Shown here: piece by piece, positions 1-10,163 of the stretch | How positions within the stretch are numbered: the stretch's first letter is position 1 | How the letters are laid out: every line of letters starts with the position of its first letter | Made by a program: the position numbers and the translations under genes | Notes under the pieces: model-generated | Seen by the model: only the letters and a program-made list of their open reading frames with translations | What the model was told of the DNA's origin: nothing | The model's database searches: none | IMG/VR virus record: IMGVR_UViG_3300021425_000006 | Reading direction: 5' to 3' (one strand) | Length of the DNA stretch: 64,000 nt | Source of the DNA: a virus

Positions 1-3000
1 ATCCTTGTGCATATCCACTCTCTAATGGGCTTATTAAATTGCCGCCATCGTCGACCGGTAAATGAGCAGTTAAGTTTGTTCTCTTGTATTGTTCCTTAAT
101 TACAATAGGCTTATTAGGTTCTCTAATTACACCATTTTGTATATCTTCCCATAGGAATAAATTATCTTTAGTGTATGGTGCAGGACCATATACAGTTTCC
201 CACCAACTTGGCTGTTTAAAGAATCCTTGCATTTCCCAAGGATGTGTATGTGGACGATCTGTATCATATGCATCTTTGTAAACAGCTCTCCAATATCCTG
301 CTAATTTCTTGCCACTTGGGGATGTCATAAAACTATAATTGTAAGTAAACGGGTTACCTCTTACATAACCTGTATTTTCAGTATAGTCTACATCACCTAC
401 TGAAGCAAGCCAACTTGCAAAATCACTAATTAATGCATTATCAATATCTTTTTTGTATACGCCTGTATTTCTATCTTCCCCGCCAATAAAATCATGTATA
501 TTAACAACATTTGGATCGTAGGATATTTTAATGTTATTGTATATTCTTTTTTCTAATTCTAATATTAAATCATCTCTATAATCATTAAATGCTAAAATCT
601 TAGAACCATCATGTCCTTGAATAACTTTTCTAGTAGTAATGTAAGTACTATCATCAAAAATCTGAGGGACAAACTTGGGATATAATCCTAGTTTGGTTGG
701 TGTTGGTGGAATAAACGAACCGTCTGTTGTTTCATATTCAAAAATATCAATTATGTCGCCGTTTGTTGTAGGCTTACTTATTACACAAAACCCTTCATTG
801 TTAAATGTATAATCGTTTCCGTAAATAAGTTGTTCACCATTAATATAAACTGTTACTGCTTTTACGCTTAGTTCATTATTATTATGTGTTTGTGAAAGTG
901 CATAAAACTGATTATTTGTATCAAAGACAGTATATGTAATTTTCTTTTCACCACCCGACGGTGCCATATCACTAAAGTAAAACGGCATGTCTATACTTCT
1001 ATTTTGGCCTAGTTCTTTAAGTATAACATCAACGTGACCTTTTACAGTTCCGTCATATCCTGTTGTTAAACTAGTTTGTAAAAATGTTCTTTTAAACTTT
1101 GCATACTCGCGTCTATTAAATTCAAGAGCTTTAATAATGTTTGTATCTTTGTCTGTTAAATGATATAACGATAAATTAATTGGACCAGTGTGTTGTACAA
1201 ACTTTTTACCATATAATGCAATATTACCTAAATCTCTAAGATTACTATTACCAGGATATACACCACTAAAGTTATTAATTTCTTCAACTACTGTACTAAT
1301 ATGATCATTAACTTCACCTAGTGTAAATGTTTCAATATTATCGTTACTAGGATTTCTTTCAAAGTTTGCTGGTACTTCATACAACCCATTGTCATTTTTA
1401 AGTGTATGGGATTTAGTTTTAATTAAAACAATATCATTTTCATTTAATTCTGATGTAAATATAATTTTTGCATCATGGTTTGTTCTATCAATAGTGTAAT
1501 CAATATTTTCAAATTTAAGTGAATTGTTAACAAAGACTTTTACTATTAAATCAGTTAGCTCAGCACTTCGATCATATGTATCAATAACAAATTCGGTTTG
1601 GTTATCTAAACTAGTATACTGTCTCAATACATATTGACTACTAGACATTGGTGCTTTAATCCAAGCATTTACATAATCAAATGTATCAATGTTTTTAAAT
1701 TTTTGTAAACTATACGTATCAGTTTTATTAGTAATAACGTCAGTACTAATTACTGTAGGTGTATATGTAAATGTATCTGATAATAAATTAAAATCAAAAA
1801 CAATATCACCTACATTAGAAATACTTCTATAACTTAACGGAAAGCCTAGTTCAGAATCATTAGATCCTGTACCTACTTTATACGAAAATACTTTGTTACC
1901 TTCAAACGTTGTATTAGGATAGTATTCTGAATCGCCTATACTGTATCCAGACTCGTCAAATAAGTCAAATAACGGTTGCTGGTTAACGTCAGTTTTTTCT
2001 TGTGTAACATTCCAAGTTGAACCGTTAAAGTAAAACATTTTACCTTTATTTTCAACACCATTTAATACTAGTACTGTTTCGTTAGTAATCGGTGAAGAGT
2101 CTGTTTCTTCTATCAAAGATATTTGACGTCTTCCTTTGTGGTTGATAAATGAAACTTTAAATATTTTTCCAGACTGACGTATGTCTTCTTCTGCTGTAAA
2201 TAGTACACGCATACCATTAACAAGTTTTACTCCGTCAACTGTATATCCTATTGCACCTTCAATAGTAGAAAATATATCTTTAGTAAATGTATCAACTAAA
2301 TCTACATTAGTTTTACTTTGTGATCCAAATTGGAAAAGTTTTAATCCTGAATTAAATTCAATAATAGGTCTTGATGCTCTTGCACTTTGGTCAACTGATA
2401 TGCCTTGATTATTATAGGCTGCAGATTTTTCGATTACATCTCTATGGAACCATCTATTGTGTCTTGACCAAGGACTTCTTTCAGGAGAAGCACGATTAAT
2501 AACAATATAATCTTTAGTATTTGTATAACCACTAGCATTGTCAAATGGCAATCTATCAAATGAATTTGTATCAAACGGTATTGATAAGTCTGTTACATAA
2601 CTACTAGTAACTTCTAAGTCAGTTTCACTAACTAACTTAATTTTATCACCTACTCCTTCAACATACCATTCGCCTTCTGCATATTTTGCAGGAGTTACAT
2701 TTCCTAAAAATTCAACTTTCATACCATTTGATAATGAAAGTCCTTTTACTGTAGTATAATTCTTTTTACCAATAATTTCGTTTTCAACATTAAGGTCTGT
2801 ATTTTCGTCAATGTCTTTAATTTTGATTAAGCCACCATTATTAATATCATTGTTTGCAACGTAATATAATAGTTCAGGTGCACCCGGAGACACTGTAAAT
2901 GTAATAGAACCTTTTTCTACATTTTGTGCTGAAACGCCGTCATCATAATTAAACTCTGGATCTAATGTTTTTTTAGTTTTTATTGTAAACGGAAATCCTT

Positions 3001-3634
3001 CTGAATTAATTTCAAAAGTATAAGTCTGTCCTCTATATAAAGTTAAACTTGGTAATTGTGTTTGTCCGTCTGGTGAAAATATGTAAGCAAGGTTGTCTGC
3101 ATTGTTAAACAGCTCAACAGTGTATGTACTTTCTACACCTCGTGACTGACCTGCAATGCTAATAATTTGCGGACCGTTTGGTAACCAATAATACTCACGA
3201 AAGTTAACAACTTTATCTAAGTCTATATTTGGATTCCACGCATAATATTCTTGTGCGTTAAGACTGTCTTGATTTTGTGAATTACCGCCAAAGTTTGCTA
3301 TTTGATTAATATAATCAATATAATCTTTTCTAAACGTATAATTACCTAGATCGTTTTTAATTACTAGTGAAGGTTCTAATTGATAGTTTTTCCTATCATT
3401 AGAAATTTCATTAATATACGAATCGTCTGCTACATATGCTTTTGATTCTTTTCTTCCAATAAATCCATTTAGTTTTTCTGCAACACCCGGTTGCACCATT
3501 TGGTCTAATGTACTTTCAAGAAACTTTTGATTAGTTTGTGTTCTAAAATATTTTGGAAGTAATGCAACGCTCTTTTGGTTGCCTTTACCATTATTTGGTA
3601 ATGGAAATTCTTTCTGGTCATTATCATATGCCAT
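1..3634 (-). CDS. Large baseplate wedge/structural protein (>1200 aa, truncated at window edge; missing from ORF track)
   Basis: ATG at 3634-3632 overlaps the gp6 stop (TAATG). It reads MAYDNDQKEFPLPNNGKGNQKSVALLPKYFRTQTNQKFLESTLDQMVQPG. The frame appears open to position 1 (spot-checked, not fully translated). Position after gp6 fits a wedge gene. Confidence 0.8.
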   Translation of the reverse strand, partial: MAYDNDQKEFPLPNNGKGNQKSVALLPKYFRTQTNQKFLESTLDQMVQPGVAEKLNGFIGRKESKAYVADDSYINEISNDRKNYQLEPSLVIKNDLGNYTFRKDYIDYINQIANFGGNSQNQDSLNAQEYYAWNPNIDLDKVVNFREYYWLPNGPQIISIAGQSRGVESTYTVELFNNADNLAYIFSPDGQTQLPSLTLYRGQTYTFEINSEGFPFTIKTKKTLDPEFNYDDGVSAQNVEKGSITFTVSPGAPELLYYVANNDINNGGLIKIKDIDENTDLNVENEIIGKKNYTTVKGLSLSNGMKVEFLGNVTPAKYAEGEWYVEGVGDKIKLVSETDLEVTSSYVTDLSIPFDTNSFDRLPFDNASGYTNTKDYIVINRASPERSPWSRHNRWFHRDVIEKSAAYNNQGISVDQSARASRPIIEFNSGLKLFQFGSQSKTNVDLVDTFTKDIFSTIEGAIGYTVDGVKLVNGMRVLFTAEEDIRQSGKIFKVSFINHKGRRQISLIEETDSSPITNETVLVLNGVENKGKMFYFNGSTWNVTQEKTDVNQQPLFDLFDESGYSIGDSEYYPNTTFEGNKVFSYKVGTGSNDSELGFPLSYRSISNVGDIVFDFNLLSDTFTYTPTVISTDVITNKTDTYSLQKFKNIDTFDYVNAWIKAPMSSSQYVLRQYTSLDNQTEFVIDTYDRSAELTDLIVKVFVNNSLKFENIDYTIDRTNHDAKIIFTSELNENDIVLIKTKSHTLKNDNGLYEVPANFERNPSNDNIETFTLGEVNDHISTVVEEINNFSGVYPGNSNLRDLGNIALYGKKFVQHTGPINLSLYHLTDKDTNIIKALEFNRREYAKFKRTFLQTSLTTGYDGTVKGHVDVILKELGQNRSIDMPFYFSDMAPSGGEKKITYTVFDTNNQFYALSQTHNNNELSVKAVTVYINGEQLIYGNDYTFNNEGFCVISKPTTNGDIIDIFEYETTDGSFIPPTPTKLGLYPKFVPQIFDDSTYITTRKVIQGHDGSKILAFNDYRDDLILELEKRIYNNIKISYDPNVVNIHDFIGGEDRNTGVYKKDIDNALISDFASWLASVGDVDYTENTGYVRGNPFTYNYSFMTSPSGKKLAGYWRAVYKDAYDTDRPHTHPWEMQGFFKQPSWWETVYGPAPYTKDNLFLWEDIQNGVIREPNKPIVIKEQYKRTNLTAHLPVDDGGNLISPLESGYAQG

Positions 3635-6600
3635 TAGTAACCTGAGCCCCCGTTACTTGAATTGCTTGAGCTACTAGAGCTACTAGAGCTACTTGACGAA
3701 CTACTTGAACTACTCGAACTACTTGCCACTTGGCTTACAGTATTGTTTTTAACTTCTGTCACTACCGCTCCTGTTGCTTTAAGTTTTGAAGCAGTTACTG
3801 CTGATATAATTTCAACATCTGCTACTGTTGCTCCGTTAATAAAAATTTCATCAGCTTCTGCTTTTATTTCAAATAAACTACCAAATGCTGAGTTTGTTTT
3901 ATTAGGAACAATAACAATTGACGAAATATCTGGTGATAATTCGTTCATAATATATGTGCTTAGTTCTGAGAAGTAAAAAGTTTCTCCAAAGTCCCAATTT
4001 TCAAGTGCAAAGAATCTGTTTACAGCTGATATAACATTTGCTTTTACTTCGTTATCGTTAACAACTCTATCAGCATTTTTTACTATCTTAAATGTTGCTT
4101 GTAAATCAGTGTTAGATGCTGTACCAAATAATGGTTTATATTTTACTGGGTGATAAATTACATCGTCACTAATTGATTTAATTTTGTTTATTTCACTACC
4201 ATAGTTGGTATATAAACTATCTGAAGTAGGTGTTACTGGAGCAACTGGTATTGCACCCTGTAACCACTGTCTATATAAAGTATCATACGATCTAGTTAAA
4301 ACGTAAACATCAATAATGTTACTACTGCTTGGATCTATTCTGTTACTTTCATCAGCAGCATGTTCGTATTGGAAGATAATGTTATCTCTACCACTAAATG
4401 CTCTATAGTCAACTGTAAGTGTTAATGTTTCTGCTTCTTCATTGTATACTTTAAATAAGTCCACATCAACAATATAAAATATTGTGCCGTCAGTGAACGA
4501 CGACAGTCCTGCTGTAGTAATATCTGACTCTGTTGCAACAACTTTTTTATCAGATGTTCTCCAAGATACAAATCTAAAGTCATCAATGCCATCATAGTTT
4601 GTATATTTTTCTTGCATTACATATTGATCTTTTAAATCAGGAGGTGTACCAACAAACTGTGTAAACATATCTGGGTCGTCAACTACTCCGTCATCGTCAG
4701 AGTCAAAAAAGCCTACTTGTATTTTTTTGCTGTCAACATAGCCTTCTGCATCTCTATATTCTTGTAATATTTCCCAATCAAACGGAACTGTAAACGGCTG
4801 CGTTGATCCTGGTTGTGTGTTAATAGACATAATTCTAACTTTGTCTTTAACAATTTTATTTGTTTGAGGATCATATACTTTATCACTACTGTCAAAATAA
4901 AATCTAATTTCTTTGTCACTTTCGAAGACGTATCTCTGACCGTGTGTTGTAATTGTATATGTTTCTCCGTCAGTATTAAATAATAGTAACCAACTGTTGT
5001 CTAGTTGTTGATTACTAGTGTCTCCAGTCTTGCCCATTCCAAACGCTGATGTTTTATCTAAATTGCTTTCAGTAATTAAACGCCATAAATTTTCGCTAGT
5101 ACTGTAACGTAATCCAAATGTTTTATATTGGAATACTTGGTCAATAATTTGTGTTTGTAAATCATTATCTAATAATGTTGCAAACTTTGGTATAATTCTT
5201 TCAATAATTGGATATGCTTCTGTGCCTGCTGGAGCTGCAGGAATTACATCGTTGAATACAATAGGTCCTCTGCCGTCGGCATAATTTTCTTTACCATTAC
5301 CATTTATAGCAGTAACCTTAGTCCATTTATATTTTGTTGCTCCTGTATGTAAAGGTTTACCAACTTCATCTAACATTAATGTGCCGTCTGGCATAAAATG
5401 ATAACCTTCTGGAGCAATAAATTTAACCATTGCACCTGGTTGTACAAATTTTAGTGTGCTACCAGTAAATGTCGAAACTGTATATTTTACATTTTGCAAG
5501 TCCATTAAGTAACCTGTAGAAATATTTTGATCTTTAGTTACTTGTACAAACTGTGCATTTAGATCTGTAACTGTTTGTACCGGAAATTTACTATAGTAAA
5601 AATTTCTAAGTTTAGCATCTAAAAGTAACGGTTCAATAGTAGAACTAATAATCCCTTGAATATCGTTTCTTGTTGTAAATGTAAAATTAACTTTACTATC
5701 TAAGTACTGTGTATATACAGCACCGTCTTTACCATATAGGTTAGTTTTAGAATATTTGCCTGTAGCATCTAGTAGATCAAAATATCTTGATATGCCGCTA
5801 GATGTTCTGTTAACTGCTTTTACTTTAACTATTTCTTGACTTACAGCCAATGGAGCAACATTATAGTCTTCTCCAGTAATCATTCTATTTTGTGTATAGT
5901 ATGTTGAAGGAGCATTTGATTTAATGCTTTCGTTGCTTTCGCTTTCTGCTGAATTGTCAACTGTGTATTTTAATTCATATTCAATACTTAAAACTTCTTG
6001 TGTTCCTGTTTTACTAACATACGGAACAGTAATGTTTATATTAGTCATTTCGTCTGGGCTAATTACAAAACTTCTATTATCACTTGCTCTGTAATAAACT
6101 TTAAAATTGCCTTTAGGCAACGTGCCAAAAACGCCATCACTAAAGATTAAACTAATTCTATCTTGTACTCTTGTTAAAACACTATAAACATTTCTAATAT
6201 TTTTACTTAAACTGTTATAAACAATATTGTTACCTTCAACTGAATTTACTTTGCTCCATAACTCAGTTTCGTTACCGGTTGTGTCTAATTTATAAAGCCA
6301 TACGTCACTATTGTTTACATTAATAGCATCTAAGTTTACTGTTTGGTTAGTACTTGGCGTACTAATTGAAAAAGTTCCTTGGTCTAAAGAACCTTGTCTA
6401 AAGTGTGAAAAGAATCCTGTATTGTTACTACCAGCACCTTGTCCGTCATCTTGATATATAAACGCAAAGTTGTTTCCTGGCAACGGTGCTTCTTCTAGTA
6501 TTGCATTACTTTCAATATTAGTTGAAACAATTTCAAATGTAGTTCCTCTACCGCTAATATTTTTTGTAAAGCCAAAGTTAGGAACATCAGTGTTAAGAGC

Positions 6601-7170
6601 ATTAAATCTATATTGCTCTGCACTTATTCCATTTACTGTATCTTTTTTAACTGGTCGTCCTACAACTCCGTTAGCAGGTAATGCTGAATTTAAAACTTTA
6701 ATAAACTGTTCATACCAGTCTTGATTTGAAACATCGTTCCATACAATAGTTTGGCCTGCTAAGTTATTACCATTAGAATCTATAATGTCTTCTGTAGTAG
6801 TAATACTTTCCATTTTAAGAAGACCATTAGCTGCTTGGTTACGTTTAGGATTATAAGATAACAATCTTGCTAAACGTATAACACTTTCTCTGCGTTCTGC
6901 TAGTTCTAAAAAATTCTCTCTTGCATTAAGGTCTGTACGGAATGCGAGGTTTTGTCCTAAGTAAGCAATTAAGTCAATTAGGGCAAGGTATTCACTACTT
7001 TCAATATAGTCGTTGAAATCCTCAGGATAATTTTTCCTAAGGTAATTAATCATTGTACGTCTTAAATTGTCAAAGTCGTAACTCTGAAAATCAGCATTTT
7101 TGAAAGACTGGTAGACACGTTTCCAGTCCTCTGCAATTAATAATCTGTTTTGTCTATCTGTTGACGACAT
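3634..7170 (-). CDS. gp6: Baseplate wedge subunit, T4 gp6-like
   Basis: N-terminal DFDNLRRTMINYLR...DFNDYIESSE...LIDLIAY...ARENFLELAERRESV..LARLLSYNP and TQNRMITGEDY motifs typical of gp6; adjacent to gp25. Confidence 0.85.
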   Translation of the reverse strand: MSSTDRQNRLLIAEDWKRVYQSFKNADFQSYDFDNLRRTMINYLRKNYPEDFNDYIESSEYLALIDLIAYLGQNLAFRTDLNARENFLELAERRESVIRLARLLSYNPKRNQAANGLLKMESITTTEDIIDSNGNNLAGQTIVWNDVSNQDWYEQFIKVLNSALPANGVVGRPVKKDTVNGISAEQYRFNALNTDVPNFGFTKNISGRGTTFEIVSTNIESNAILEEAPLPGNNFAFIYQDDGQGAGSNNTGFFSHFRQGSLDQGTFSISTPSTNQTVNLDAINVNNSDVWLYKLDTTGNETELWSKVNSVEGNNIVYNSLSKNIRNVYSVLTRVQDRISLIFSDGVFGTLPKGNFKVYYRASDNRSFVISPDEMTNINITVPYVSKTGTQEVLSIEYELKYTVDNSAESESNESIKSNAPSTYYTQNRMITGEDYNVAPLAVSQEIVKVKAVNRTSSGISRYFDLLDATGKYSKTNLYGKDGAVYTQYLDSKVNFTFTTRNDIQGIISSTIEPLLLDAKLRNFYYSKFPVQTVTDLNAQFVQVTKDQNISTGYLMDLQNVKYTVSTFTGSTLKFVQPGAMVKFIAPEGYHFMPDGTLMLDEVGKPLHTGATKYKWTKVTAINGNGKENYADGRGPIVFNDVIPAAPAGTEAYPIIERIIPKFATLLDNDLQTQIIDQVFQYKTFGLRYSTSENLWRLITESNLDKTSAFGMGKTGDTSNQQLDNSWLLLFNTDGETYTITTHGQRYVFESDKEIRFYFDSSDKVYDPQTNKIVKDKVRIMSINTQPGSTQPFTVPFDWEILQEYRDAEGYVDSKKIQVGFFDSDDDGVVDDPDMFTQFVGTPPDLKDQYVMQEKYTNYDGIDDFRFVSWRTSDKKVVATESDITTAGLSSFTDGTIFYIVDVDLFKVYNEEAETLTLTVDYRAFSGRDNIIFQYEHAADESNRIDPSSSNIIDVYVLTRSYDTLYRQWLQGAIPVAPVTPTSDSLYTNYGSEINKIKSISDDVIYHPVKYKPLFGTASNTDLQATFKIVKNADRVVNDNEVKANVISAVNRFFALENWDFGETFYFSELSTYIMNELSPDISSIVIVPNKTNSAFGSLFEIKAEADEIFINGATVADVEIISAVTASKLKATGAVVTEVKNNTVSQVASSSSSSSSSSSSSSSSSSSSNSSNGGSGY
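3662..3725 (-). repeat. Poly-Ser low-complexity tail of gp6 (short AGT/TCT/AGC repeats)
   Basis: Protein ends in a long Ser run followed by NSSNGGSGY; DNA shows actagagct/actacttga-type repeats. Confidence 0.85.
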
Positions 7171-7228
7171 TGGTTTTCCTCGCTATAGTGTATTTATTAC
7201 AAATAGATAAGTGCGTATATTATTTCTG

Positions 7229-7672
7229 TTATGTAAGACCATTATCCTCATCAAATTTAAACTGTAATTTTTCAGATATATTATACGGCAAATACGTAAG
7301 TTCGCATTCAATTTGTAGTCCGCTTTCGTAAGGAACTACGTCTATTGCTGATACCGAAACCCTTGGGTCAAAGTTAACAATTTCTGTAACATTTTTTACT
7401 ATTGCAGATTTTAAATTTTCTGTAAGTGGTTCAAAAAGTACGTCCCATATAATAGTACCAAATTCTGGATTTTCTAATTTTTCTCCTTGACGGATATGAA
7501 AATGGTTGATAAGATCTTGTTTAATAAGTGCAATATCATATAGTGTATTCGTAGAATTTTCTGGGTTGGCTGTCGATATGCCCCTATAGGCTCTGCTTTC
7601 AACCACAGGAAGAGGTTTTTTGTTAGTGCTAACTTCTACTGTTTTATATAATGATTTCTCTTTTGTGCTCAT
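7229..7672 (-). CDS. gp25: Baseplate wedge subunit gp25-like
   Basis: LIKQDLINHFHIRQGEKLENPEFGTIIWDVLFEPLT...DPRV matches the GPW/gp25 family pattern. Confidence 0.9.
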   Translation of the reverse strand: MSTKEKSLYKTVEVSTNKKPLPVVESRAYRGISTANPENSTNTLYDIALIKQDLINHFHIRQGEKLENPEFGTIIWDVLFEPLTENLKSAIVKNVTEIVNFDPRVSVSAIDVVPYESGLQIECELTYLPYNISEKLQFKFDEDNGLT

Positions 7673-7688
7673 GTCTATATTTACCTAC

Positions 7689-10163
7689 TTATTGTGGACC
7701 TGAAATTGGCTGATCTACACCCTTTCCTGCTTCAATGTTTGTTCCTGCTGGTTCTGTAGTTAATGATGCTTTTGGTGTAAGTTCACCGTTAACTAGTTTA
7801 CTGTAAAACCCTTTACCTATGCCAATACGTCTACTTGTTTCTGCACCACCTTGATTAGCATACCCAACTGCTTTTCTAAATGATTCTCCTAAAGCAGAAA
7901 AACTAGATTCAGCTGGGCTAATACCCTTACTTGCAATATAAGCGACAGCAATTTTAGTTGCAAAAATTGGGTCATTAACTAAGTCAGGATTTTCTACAAT
8001 CTCAGGAGTACCTGCTTTTGCACCGTATGTTTCGTAGTTTCCTTTAAAAGTTAACTGTATTAAACCTCGACCTCTATATTTGTAGCCTTCGTCTTGTGCA
8101 TTTCCATAACGTCCACCATATAATGTATTACCTATTGCGGCTGGACCTGCATTTGCAAGTTCTTGAGCAAACGCATCAGTTTTAACACGACTTGGATATA
8201 CTTGACGCAGACGTCTAGCACTGTAGTTTAAATTTTCGCTTCGTGGTTTAAATCCGCATTCTGCTTGAGGTTGTGCCATAGCCATTGCAAGATATTCTGC
8301 ATTTCCTGCTGTTACCCCTTCAGGATTATTGTCTGGGTTTGCACTATTCAAACATGTAGCAGGATCAAGCCCAAGTTTTGTTATTAATTCATTTAAGAAA
8401 AATTGCTGAAGATCAGTTACTGGTACAGGTTTAGCAGGTTGATCTCCAATTGGTCCTACTTCTCCTGGAACAACTGTTTGTGCGCCATCAACGTTTGCTC
8501 GTTGTCTGTATTCGCCGCTTACTGGTTGTTCATCTCTCGCATCGTTAACTAACGGAGTTGTTTCTCTTAATGTAGGACTTGGTGAAGTTATTGGATTAGT
8601 TTTACTTGGAGTAAAGACTAGTGGATCTAAACTTTCATGACCTAACCATGGTTCGTGTTGTGGAACTCTAACAGGGAATAAAGCAGGTGCTGCTACTAAT
8701 GCTTGAGACGCTTCTGTTGCTTCTGCCGCAGAAGTTGCTTCTGGGCCACCGTTAGTTTGACCATTCATGTGTATTTCTGTCGCTGTCTCAACATGATTGC
8801 CACCACTTAATATTTGTGTGTCGCCTTCGGCTGTAAAATAATTGTATCCCGGTGTATTAAGATCTAAGTTTGCTTGTTTATCTTTTCTATCACCCACAGT
8901 AAGAATATCAAGTGTTGCCTTACTTGTTATAGAATGAGCGTCAGTAACAATTAAGTCTCCTGATCCACCAACAAATAATTTTTGATTTGCACCAACAAAC
9001 TGATCTAAATCTGCACCAACATCAATTTTACTGTTAACTCCAATTTTTACATCACTGTTTACAGCCGCTGTCATTTTATAATCTCTACCAGCATTTATAT
9101 TAACATCTCTACTTGCTGACATGTTGATATCTCTATCTGCACTTATGTTTAAATCAACTGAAGTTCTAATAGATATACTATCGTCTGCAAAAATATCAAT
9201 TTTACCATTGGACGACATTTCAATCCACGAACTTCCTCTAGCATTACCTATGTAAATTAAATCTTCTGAATTGTGTAATAGTATTTGATGGCCTGTTCTT
9301 GTACGAAGTCTTACAGACTCATTAAATGGTATTGTGGGCAATCCGTCTGTTTCGTCTTGTAAAACATCAGCATATTGCGAAGGGCCTTGCCCTGCAAAAC
9401 TTTTTCTTAAAAGTTTGTCGTCGCCATCATCAAACACCAATGATGTTCCGCCTAGTCTTGCTGAATGAATATTATCTCTTGCACCATGTAATCCTTGTGG
9501 TGATTTAGGTGCGCCATCTCTTTTATCTAATGGACCTGGAGTTGATATACCAAATACCATACTAGGAACTTCACGCCTAGCACTTGCACTTGATATGCCT
9601 CGTATTTCATCACGGAGTAATCCTTGAGCTCCAAGGGTTATTTCAAAGTCTTTATTAACAGGCTTTAAATATGTGCTAGGAACATTACCTGATACTACGC
9701 CAGGAACGGCTTTATTAAATTCACCAACTGGAAGTTTTTGATTAATGTCTTCGTTGTTAAATTTTGATCCTGGTCTAGATTCAGGAAGTGTAAAGTTCAT
9801 ATACATGTCTTGTACGCAACCTATCCAATAACCGTTACTGATATTGCCTTCAACAAATATTACTATAACTTTAGTACCAACATCGGGAGGTACAGCCCAA
9901 AATCCAGATACTTGTTGTGTGTTTTGATATGTATCGTTTTTGTTATTTCCGTTAAGAGGAGTACTATTATAAAAAGGTGACATATACGAAACTGTAACAA
10001 CTTGACCTGTACGCTCTGGCTGGTTACCAGAAGAAGAATTTTTTAATAGTTCAACTTGTAATGATCCCATAAATTTAGTATCAAGATGACTTACAACAAT
10101 CGCTTCATAAGGACCTGGGTTAATAGGTGCCTTAGGGAATACTGACCTTCTTTCTTGTGCCAT
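7689..10163 (-). CDS. gp5: Baseplate hub/spike protein (gp5/VgrG-like) with C-terminal GH19 lysozyme/chitinase domain
   Basis: OB-fold motif GFWAVPPDVGTKVIVIFVEG, RTRTGHQILLH, beta-helix repeats; C-terminal AQPQAECG...ENLNYSA...YKYRGRGLIQLTFKGNY is the GH19 signature. Confidence 0.8.
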   Translation of the reverse strand: MAQERRSVFPKAPINPGPYEAIVVSHLDTKFMGSLQVELLKNSSSGNQPERTGQVVTVSYMSPFYNSTPLNGNNKNDTYQNTQQVSGFWAVPPDVGTKVIVIFVEGNISNGYWIGCVQDMYMNFTLPESRPGSKFNNEDINQKLPVGEFNKAVPGVVSGNVPSTYLKPVNKDFEITLGAQGLLRDEIRGISSASARREVPSMVFGISTPGPLDKRDGAPKSPQGLHGARDNIHSARLGGTSLVFDDGDDKLLRKSFAGQGPSQYADVLQDETDGLPTIPFNESVRLRTRTGHQILLHNSEDLIYIGNARGSSWIEMSSNGKIDIFADDSISIRTSVDLNISADRDINMSASRDVNINAGRDYKMTAAVNSDVKIGVNSKIDVGADLDQFVGANQKLFVGGSGDLIVTDAHSITSKATLDILTVGDRKDKQANLDLNTPGYNYFTAEGDTQILSGGNHVETATEIHMNGQTNGGPEATSAAEATEASQALVAAPALFPVRVPQHEPWLGHESLDPLVFTPSKTNPITSPSPTLRETTPLVNDARDEQPVSGEYRQRANVDGAQTVVPGEVGPIGDQPAKPVPVTDLQQFFLNELITKLGLDPATCLNSANPDNNPEGVTAGNAEYLAMAMAQPQAECGFKPRSENLNYSARRLRQVYPSRVKTDAFAQELANAGPAAIGNTLYGGRYGNAQDEGYKYRGRGLIQLTFKGNYETYGAKAGTPEIVENPDLVNDPIFATKIAVAYIASKGISPAESSFSALGESFRKAVGYANQGGAETSRRIGIGKGFYSKLVNGELTPKASLTTEPAGTNIEAGKGVDQPISGPQ

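Noticed and set aside
84-2408. Short plus-strand ORFs (84-281, 2181-2408)
   Set aside because: They lie opposite the long minus-strand baseplate gene that runs off the window.
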